A DNA stretch of 64,000 nt. It comes from an uncultured virus (IMG/VR IMGVR_UViG_3300030330_003596) (taxonomy: Duplodnaviria; Heunggongvirae; Uroviricota; Caudoviricetes). Under the pieces are notes generated by a model. That model worked only from the letters and a program-made list of their open reading frames with translations. It was not told the origin of the DNA and searched no databases. The stretch lies in IMG/VR virus record IMGVR_UViG_3300030330_003596; one strand, given 5' to 3'. Shown piece by piece: positions 57,824-64,000 of this stretch. The translations under genes and the position numbers were made by a program. Each line of letters begins with the position of its first letter. The first letter of the stretch is position 1.

Positions 57824-57998
57824 GGTAGATATGATGAACACTTATTTAGAAGCACTTAAACATTTAAAAGAAGAAGCGATGCAAGAAGATATTGATGAGA
57901 TATTAGAAGACTTATTGAGTATTGTTGAACAAGATAGAGGAACTAATTATGTCATTTCTCTTCTTGGAGATTATCTCGAATCAATTTTGGAGGGCTAA
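57798..57998 (+). CDS. Hypothetical protein
   Basis: Likely start MMNTYL after a GAGGT RBS. Confidence 0.5.
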   Translation: MVQDQQLYEVDMMNTYLEALKHLKEEAMQEDIDEILEDLLSIVEQDRGTNYVISLLGDYLESILEG

Positions 57999-58000
57999 AT

Positions 58001-59305
58001 ATGGAATCAATTGTAGCAAAGCGTGAATTAGGTAATGGCCGATGGGATAGAGCCTTAAAGCGCAAAATGGTTGAATTGTCCGTTGCTGATAATTATGATG
58101 AAGCAAAAGAAGAATGGATTGCTACTGGTGAAGTTTGGTGGGCAGGAAACGAAGAAGTTCCTGATTGGGTCGCTAACTCACAAATGGGGCAAGGTAAATG
58201 TCTTTGTGGACATATTGTAGTTTATCATTTTCAAATTACTAATACTGAAAATGGTATTGTTGAATGTGTTGGTAGCGACCATATCAATACTTATCTAATT
58301 ATGCGAGCAATTGCAGAAGATGAGGGTATTTCGGTTGATGCTATTACTGATGAAAAGATTCAAGCATGGATTGATGTGCGAACAAAATCAATGAAAGCCG
58401 AAGCATGGTGGAAAGCCAATGGTGAAGGATTTGAATTGATGTTTGATTCAGTCAAAGAAATGGATTTATTCTACAATGTTCGTGATACAAAGAAAATGTA
58501 TTATGACCCTGAAACACAATGGTATGATACTGAAAAGGTTATTCGTAAGCGAGCAGATGGTCAATTCGGTTCTCCTGATTATAAGATGGCTTCTATCGTT
58601 TGGCGATGGAATCATCCAGAAAATCCAAAAGCACAGATTAATACAACAGGCTATCCTAATGACAATCTAATGAAGGATTTGTCTTTGTTCTATGTAATGC
58701 AAGCCCAGTATTTACCTCGATTTAATGAGGCAAAAGAAAAGCGTGAAAAGCGTATTTTTGAAATAGCAGAAAAACGAAGATTGGCGGAAGAACGACGAGA
58801 ACAAGCCCGTATTCGTGCGGAAGAGGCAGAAGCGGAGCGTTTGCGTATTTACAATCTTCCTGAGAATGTCGAAAAGCGTCGTCTTCAAGCAATTGAAGAT
58901 GAAAAGCGCAGACTAGAACAAGTTCTTATTCGTGAAAAACAACGACAAGAAAGAGAACAACGTGATAAAGCAAGAGCAATTGCTAAAGAAATTAAGCAAA
59001 ACGAAACACTAAAATCAAATAATGATGAGTTTGAAAATATGTGCGACTATTATGGTGTGCCTATATTTGACGAATCATTCGCTGGTAATAATTGGGAACG
59101 AGAGTTTCTATCAAGTATTAAGGAGCAAATGCTTCTAGGCAAAACAATGACCAATAGGCAATTGTCTGTTTTGGAAAAAGTATTGACTCAAGACCCAGCA
59201 ACAGAAAAGCAAATCAATTATTTGATTAGTCTTGGTTATGAAGGCAGAACAGATAACCTTACAAAAATGAAGGCTAGTCAATTGATTGAAGAACATATTC
59301 AATGA
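58001..59305 (+). CDS. Hypothetical protein with Zn-binding motif and coiled coil
   Basis: CLCGH...VGSDH; C-terminal PATEKQINYL...KASQLI. Confidence 0.65.
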   Translation: MESIVAKRELGNGRWDRALKRKMVELSVADNYDEAKEEWIATGEVWWAGNEEVPDWVANSQMGQGKCLCGHIVVYHFQITNTENGIVECVGSDHINTYLIMRAIAEDEGISVDAITDEKIQAWIDVRTKSMKAEAWWKANGEGFELMFDSVKEMDLFYNVRDTKKMYYDPETQWYDTEKVIRKRADGQFGSPDYKMASIVWRWNHPENPKAQINTTGYPNDNLMKDLSLFYVMQAQYLPRFNEAKEKREKRIFEIAEKRRLAEERREQARIRAEEAEAERLRIYNLPENVEKRRLQAIEDEKRRLEQVLIREKQRQEREQRDKARAIAKEIKQNETLKSNNDEFENMCDYYGVPIFDESFAGNNWEREFLSSIKEQMLLGKTMTNRQLSVLEKVLTQDPATEKQINYLISLGYEGRTDNLTKMKASQLIEEHIQ

Positions 59306-59351
59306 AAGGTAAAAGCAATCGTGCGCTTAGTTTACGACCTTTCTTGAAACC

Positions 59352-59515
59352 GCAGGTTTAAAAGTAAAAATTATCAAACAAATCTTGTCATTTTACTTCC
59401 TTGACATAATTTATTGATAGTTTTCCTGCACCTATTCACGGGGTTTTTTCAGTAAAAACAACATTCTTCTACCTCAGAAATAAATGGACTCCTGCCATGA
59501 GTTGTTTTCCCCATG
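59352..59515 (+). ncRNA. Two tandem putative structured RNAs
   Basis: GCAGG-TTTAAAAGTA-AAAA...TTTT-CCTGC, CCTATTCAC linker, then GGGG-TTTTTTCAGTA-AAAACAAC...GTTGTTTT-CCCC. Confidence 0.45.
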
Positions 59516-59811
59516 CCTTTCAAGGTGTAATTATGATTAATTGGATTAAAAAGTTCTTTGTTGTAGCAAAGAAAAGTAAAAGTAGGCCCAAGTGCAATAT
59601 ATGTTTCTTAGGTGCAGACTATCATATGTTGGTTCAATTTCAGCGTCTTAACTTAGAAGAGGTAGACAATAAAATACTAATCAAAATTTGCGAGAGTTGT
59701 TACAATGAAATTAATGAAAGATATAATCCCGATTCACAATCACCGACCATACAAGAAGGAGTTTTTACTCAGGAGTTATTGGGCGGAAAAGAACAGAACA
59801 AGGGTCTTTAA
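59497..59811 (+). CDS. Small Zn-finger protein (likely start MINWIKK)
   Basis: CNIC...CESC; AAGGTG RBS. Confidence 0.5.
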   Translation: MSCFPHAFQGVIMINWIKKFFVVAKKSKSRPKCNICFLGADYHMLVQFQRLNLEEVDNKILIKICESCYNEINERYNPDSQSPTIQEGVFTQELLGGKEQNKGL

Positions 59812-59879
59812 AAAACTAAGGAGTTTAGGTATGCCTCCTTATCAAGCATACCAAATATCAATAAAAAGGATGTATGAAA

Positions 59880-60038
59880 ATGAATAAAAATAGAAGAGAA
59901 TGTTTGTATAAAATACTTGAATATGCTACTAAAGCATTACAATACGAAGAACAGATGAGTTCACATTGGAAAATTTGTGTAAGTCTTCTTCGACATGAAT
60001 TGGGAGTATTGAAGAGTACATACGATGAAGAGGAATAA
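59880..60038 (+). CDS. Small hypothetical protein (52 aa)
   Basis: Translated by hand; ends in a GAGGAATAA junction. Confidence 0.45.
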   Translation: MNKNRRECLYKILEYATKALQYEEQMSSHWKICVSLLRHELGVLKSTYDEEE

Positions 60039-60040
60039 AT

Positions 60041-60301
60041 ATGTTATGGAAAGAAGAAGCAAAGGAATATCTAAAGCAGTATAATGGAGACACTTCATAT
60101 ACTACTGAATATGTAGAAAGCCTTGTTCCACAGTATTATGTCGATATTATGGAAGTAGCAACATTATTGGAATTGTATCATGGGGTAATTGATGAATCCA
60201 ATGTAGGAGAAAACATAGCAACAGTATTACAGCATCAAATCTTTCTTTTCTATCAAGAAAAGTTATTTGATGCATTGGCAGAAATTTTAGAGGAGGAATA
60301 A
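60041..60301 (+). CDS. Hypothetical protein
   Basis: 86 aa; GAGGAATAAATATG junction. Confidence 0.6.
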   Translation: MLWKEEAKEYLKQYNGDTSYTTEYVESLVPQYYVDIMEVATLLELYHGVIDESNVGENIATVLQHQIFLFYQEKLFDALAEILEEE

Positions 60302-60303
60302 AT

Positions 60304-60588
60304 ATGAATTTAGAACAAGCAAAATGGAATATAGAAAGACTATTGAGTGATAAATATGGTAGTGGTTCAATTAACCAATTGAAACAACTATTTGATGTTC
60401 TTATGGCCTGTGGAGTAGGTTATACTGCAAATCGTGAAGATAAGAAATCAGCAAATCATGGGCCATTTGATATACGCAACCATGAGGCTTTGATGACTGT
60501 TTTATCAGACCGTGAGACAATTCGAGAATTGGTTCGACGATGGTATTATCGAGTCGAAAACAAGGACTTTGAATTTAAGGAGGACTAA
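60304..60588 (+). CDS. Hypothetical protein
   Basis: 94 aa; GAGGAATAAATATG junction. Confidence 0.6.
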   Translation: MNLEQAKWNIERLLSDKYGSGSINQLKQLFDVLMACGVGYTANREDKKSANHGPFDIRNHEALMTVLSDRETIRELVRRWYYRVENKDFEFKED

Positions 60589-60590
60589 AT

Positions 60591-60839
60591 ATGGAATTAA
60601 CATATATGAACATGAAAGTAACATACGGGAATATTATTCACGATGACGGAACGATTGTAAAGAGAACTATTACAAAATATGAAACAATGCAAGATTTACG
60701 CCAAGCATGGAGTGAATCGTTGCGATTGGCAACAATTCGTGAAGCCAACCTAAAGGAATTAACAATTGAAATAAGGGAATATGTTCCTGCGGAAGAGTAT
60801 TTCGATGTATATGATATGTCTCAAGAGGAAGAAGAATGA
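60591..60839 (+). CDS. Hypothetical protein
   Basis: 82 aa; GAGGACTAAATATG junction. Confidence 0.6.
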   Translation: MELTYMNMKVTYGNIIHDDGTIVKRTITKYETMQDLRQAWSESLRLATIREANLKELTIEIREYVPAEEYFDVYDMSQEEEE

Positions 60840-61510
60840 ATATATTTGCACTATCAAAATGCCCACATGAATCAGCACGACAAATGCTTGATAAGCATAT
60901 TATCAAAATGCCGACAGAAACCTGTCAAATGCTGCACACTAATATTGTTTATATGCAATTTGTTAATGCACACGGTAAAGAACCGACTTTGGGTGAACTT
61001 AAGGCTTTTCACAAGGCTAACGAGTCAAAACTGATGAAGCCAGCGATGCTAAACCACCCCTCAACGATATGGGCGAGGCAATCTTTCTGTAATTTTATGT
61101 GGCTTTTTGAACATGGATTGGCTCTTTGCGAAGAACACAAGATTCGTTACCCTAAAGAAGATGAAAAGGGAAACATCATAGAACACGGTTCATATCATAG
61201 AATACTCCAATGTAATTCTCATACTGATTTGGTTATTGATTTTCAATTCAATAAAGATTCTTTGACACCAGTATCTATTGCTATGGATGACAGATACAGA
61301 ATCAAGAACACATTTGACGACGAATGGGAATTTGTAATACAGTCCTATCGTCATTACTATCTTGAAGGCAAATGGGATATTGCCGAATGGAGAAACAATA
61401 GGCGACCAGATTGGTTTCCTGCGAATCACTTCGCAAAGAAATATAATGTAGGAGTTCGTGCCTATAATTCCCGAAACCCACGATACCCAAAACAACTAAT
61501 GGAGGAATAA
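60836..61510 (+). CDS. Pyrimidine-dimer DNA glycosylase/endonuclease V-like protein
   Basis: MNIFAL...DKHIIKMPTETCQML...NHPSTIWAR...ALCEE...YRHYY family pattern. Confidence 0.7.
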   Translation: MNIFALSKCPHESARQMLDKHIIKMPTETCQMLHTNIVYMQFVNAHGKEPTLGELKAFHKANESKLMKPAMLNHPSTIWARQSFCNFMWLFEHGLALCEEHKIRYPKEDEKGNIIEHGSYHRILQCNSHTDLVIDFQFNKDSLTPVSIAMDDRYRIKNTFDDEWEFVIQSYRHYYLEGKWDIAEWRNNRRPDWFPANHFAKKYNVGVRAYNSRNPRYPKQLMEE

Positions 61511-61512
61511 AT

Positions 61513-61806
61513 ATGAGTTATGTAAGAGATAAAAGAGTAGAGACAATGAGACAGATGATTTCAGAAACCTTAGATGAAAACGATGTAGACTACATGGTAT
61601 GGAAAAAGAAACTTGAGGAACTGATTTTTGAATATCAAAACCCCCATATTTATGGCGGTCAAAAATTTTGGGAATTTAGTCATCGTGATGAAGAGGTGCT
61701 TAAAGATGCTCTTTGGAAACTTATCAAATGGATGTTTTCTACTCATCCGAATTATAGAGATAGCACAGTTTGGCGAAGAGGATGGAAGCCACCACAGGAG
61801 GAATAA
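61513..61806 (+). CDS. Hypothetical protein
   Basis: 97 aa; GAGGAATAAATATG junction. Confidence 0.6.
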   Translation: MSYVRDKRVETMRQMISETLDENDVDYMVWKKKLEELIFEYQNPHIYGGQKFWEFSHRDEEVLKDALWKLIKWMFSTHPNYRDSTVWRRGWKPPQEE

Positions 61807-61808
61807 AT

Positions 61809-61919
61809 ATGAATATTAGAATAGCAAACCGATGTATTGGATGTAATGTAGTAGTAAGCAGAAAAAAACCTTATTGTTTTTCTTGCTTGAATGAATTAAA
61901 AGAAAAGGCAGGTGAATAA
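61809..61919 (+). CDS. Small Zn-finger protein (36 aa)
   Basis: CIGC...CFSC; GAGGAATAAATATG junction; translated by hand. Confidence 0.5.
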   Translation: MNIRIANRCIGCNVVVSRKKPYCFSCLNELKEKAGE

Positions 61920-62172
61920 AATGTTTAGTGAATTTGAAAATAAAATATTAGATAAATTGAAGAAAGAATTTGGTTCGTTGCATGATGCGATGGAAGAAGA
62001 GATTGTTACAGAAAAAGTTAAAGTTGCACGTAATCTTTATGAATTATCTGTTGAAGAGTTTCGTGTCAATCAATCAGCGCATAACTATAATATGCTGATT
62101 CTTGCTATGGTTTCACTTCAATATTGGAATCAAAAGAGAGTTCGTTTCTTTAGCACAACGGAGGACTTTTGA
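61912..62172 (+). CDS. Hypothetical protein
   Basis: Likely start MFSEF after AGGTGA. Confidence 0.55.
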   Translation: MNKMFSEFENKILDKLKKEFGSLHDAMEEEIVTEKVKVARNLYELSVEEFRVNQSAHNYNMLILAMVSLQYWNQKRVRFFSTTEDF

Positions 62173-62552
62173 TGACAAGAGATGCACAAGGTAGACTAAA
62201 TTCTCCTAAAGAACAACATTATATTAATTCACAGGAACCTGAACCCGACCATCCATGCGAAAAATGTCAAGGAATAGGTTGGTATAAAGTACCAAACCAT
62301 CGTCTTGAAATAATGGAGAATGTCGAATGTATGGATTGTTTGTTAAATCAACAGTTCAAAGACCACTTAAAAGAGGAATTAACCCGCTTGTTAGTGAACA
62401 CAAGCCCACAAAAACTTGCTCAAATTGTAGCACAGTTAGTTGTCAATTCGGTGGATAGGAACGAAAATGACGACATTCAACGAATTGAAGGCATCATTCA
62501 TACTAAGAATGTAATCAATGCCCTTGCGCTTGCGGAAGCGTATTCACAGTGA
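62169..62552 (+). CDS. Zn-finger protein
   Basis: CEKCQGIG...CMDC. Confidence 0.55.
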   Translation: MMTRDAQGRLNSPKEQHYINSQEPEPDHPCEKCQGIGWYKVPNHRLEIMENVECMDCLLNQQFKDHLKEELTRLLVNTSPQKLAQIVAQLVVNSVDRNENDDIQRIEGIIHTKNVINALALAEAYSQ

Positions 62553-62564
62553 TAAATGGCTTAT

Positions 62565-62639
62565 GGGCATATGGTGTAATGGATAGCATTTTGGCCTTCT
62601 AAGCCGAAGATACGGGTTCGATTCCTGTTATGCCCGCCA
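62565..62639 (+). tRNA. tRNA-Arg(TCT) with encoded CCA
   Basis: Acceptor GGGCATA/TATGCCC-G-CCA; anticodon arm TTGGC-CTTCTAA-GCCGA; T loop TTCGATT. Confidence 0.9.
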
Positions 62640-62751
62640 TTTATCGCTAATGACCAGCCTTGACCTAACGACGGCCATTTTTGGGGTCTTTAAATACCCT
62701 CGACTCGATGTTATTTCAAGGCGCATACACAATCACAAATGAGGAATAAAA

Positions 62752-63120
62752 ATGTATAGTAAAACAGAAACAATGCAAACTGTTGTTCTTAATGTTCTTT
62801 TGAATAATAGGGATGTAAAAATTGCAGAATTTAAGAATGCACTAATTCATGCAGGATTAGTTAAACAAACAGATGAGGCTATGATAAACACAATTCGTGC
62901 TCTATTAATTAGTCTGAATAAGTTCTTCAAAAGACACAATGTTCGATTATATATGGACTATGGGCGAGCATTTAAACTCGCATATTCTCCAACAGACGAG
63001 GCAATTAAATTTGCTAATCTTAACTTGAGAGAGAATATGTATGACGAAGAAGGAGAAAATGTTGGGTGGTTTTTTCAACACCCAGTAGCATTAGAAAAAG
63101 AAAGGTTGGAATTAATATGA
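62752..63120 (+). CDS. Hypothetical protein
   Basis: 122 aa; GAGGAATAAAAATG junction. Confidence 0.6.
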   Translation: MYSKTETMQTVVLNVLLNNRDVKIAEFKNALIHAGLVKQTDEAMINTIRALLISLNKFFKRHNVRLYMDYGRAFKLAYSPTDEAIKFANLNLRENMYDEEGENVGWFFQHPVALEKERLELI

Positions 63121-63356
63121 ATAAAAATGTAGAATTTAGAATAATTGACTCAGCAGATATGCCACCATTGGTAATATCGCAGAATGAAAATGATGAACCA
63201 AAAGTGGTGATTAATACTTATCATCGACTTTGGTTAAGTCTTCACCGACGATTAATTGCAGGTATTATTGATGCTCTACCTGAAAAACTAGATATGATTT
63301 TAACTGCATATCTTGAACAACAAAGAGCATACGAAAAGATGGACAGGGTTGAATAA
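63066..63356 (+). CDS. Hypothetical protein (likely start MNKNVEF)
   Basis: ATGA overlap with the preceding stop codon. Confidence 0.55.
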   Translation: MVFSTPSSIRKRKVGINMNKNVEFRIIDSADMPPLVISQNENDEPKVVINTYHRLWLSLHRRLIAGIIDALPEKLDMILTAYLEQQRAYEKMDRVE

Positions 63357-63358
63357 AT

Positions 63359-63811
63359 ATGGTAGGAATAACAAAGAAATGCGAGTATTGTGGTAAACTA
63401 TTTACAACTAAAAGCACAAAAACAGCATCATGGGAAAGAAGTTGTTATGAATGCCACACCCATAGAAAGAGAGCGATTCATATTCACAGAACACAGAATA
63501 AACATAATAATCTTGAAATGTCTCTTCGTGATGAAATGGAAAATCTAACGAAGAAAATAACTGATATTGATGTTCTTATTTCTGCGGAAGTAAGTAATGC
63601 TATGTTGAATATGACAGACAATGATATTTTTGAGAAACTCAATGAATCTATCAATAATAGATTAGATAGTCTTGAATCTAAAGTTCAAGAAAAATTGATT
63701 GAGCAAATTGCTAAAATGGAAGAAGAGAACAAAAAGTTCCGAGAAAAAATTCAAAATCAAATAATGATATTGAATAACAAAATTGTAAAAATAATGAAGG
63801 AGATGAAATAA
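63359..63811 (+). CDS. Zn-finger plus coiled-coil protein
   Basis: CEYC...CYEC followed by heptad repeats. Confidence 0.6.
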   Translation: MVGITKKCEYCGKLFTTKSTKTASWERSCYECHTHRKRAIHIHRTQNKHNNLEMSLRDEMENLTKKITDIDVLISAEVSNAMLNMTDNDIFEKLNESINNRLDSLESKVQEKLIEQIAKMEEENKKFREKIQNQIMILNNKIVKIMKEMK

Positions 63812-63925
63812 ATGTTAGGAAAATTAGTTAAAGTAGCGGCATTAACAACAATAGGATTAGCCACAGGATTAATAGGAATAGGATTACTGGCGGCCCTTGA
63901 GGATGCTGATTACCCTTTGGAGTAG
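63812..63925 (+). CDS. Small membrane peptide (37 aa)
   Basis: MLGKLVKVAALTTIGLATGLIGIGLLAALEDADYPLE; translated by hand. Confidence 0.45.
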   Translation: MLGKLVKVAALTTIGLATGLIGIGLLAALEDADYPLE

Positions 63926-63929
63926 GGTT

Positions 63930-63946
63930 TGCACTCCTTTATATAC
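63930..63946 (+). promoter_or_regulatory. Putative promoter TGCACTCCTTTATATAC
   Basis: Identical to 54961-54977; upstream of an ORF starting at the window end. Confidence 0.65.
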
Positions 63947-64000
63947 TTTGGAAGAGTAGAGAAAACACATCGGAGATGATATTATGATTAAGTTAAGAAT

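Overview
The window is part of a large AT-rich tailed dsDNA virus genome (Caudoviricetes). It is most likely an archaeal virus of the Magrovirus type (Marine Group II/Poseidoniales hosts); I infer this from GGTGA/GAGGTG ribosome-binding sites, CTTTATATAC TATA boxes and the gene content, not from a database match. Bases ~220-50600 form one long minus-strand morphogenesis block: small head-associated genes, terminase, LAGLIDADG protein, portal, ATP-dependent DNA ligase, prohead protease/scaffold, major capsid protein, a small-GTPase/membrane-protein module, neck, tail tube, frameshifted tail chaperones, tape measure and tail-tip proteins. Bases ~55000-64000 form a plus-strand block with tRNA-Leu(TAA), tRNA-Arg(TCT), a UvrD-like helicase, a pyrimidine-dimer-glycosylase-like gene and many small ORFs. 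Four things stand out. (1) A 3.6-kb array of nine palindromic (CAAAG)-Nx-ACCATATGGT-Nx-(CTTTG) sites delimits mixed-orientation, mostly single-gene cassettes at the strand switch. (2) An N-terminal W-x-x-[IL]-[IL]-K tag is shared by about 17 unrelated proteins and echoes the C-terminus of the protease/scaffold; it is a candidate capsid-targeting or cleavage signal. (3) A Ras-superfamily small GTPase sits among membrane proteins within the virion genes. (4) Several covarying structured ncRNA-like elements and an origin-like GAGAC repeat region are present. All functional calls come from motif recognition by eye; no searches were run.
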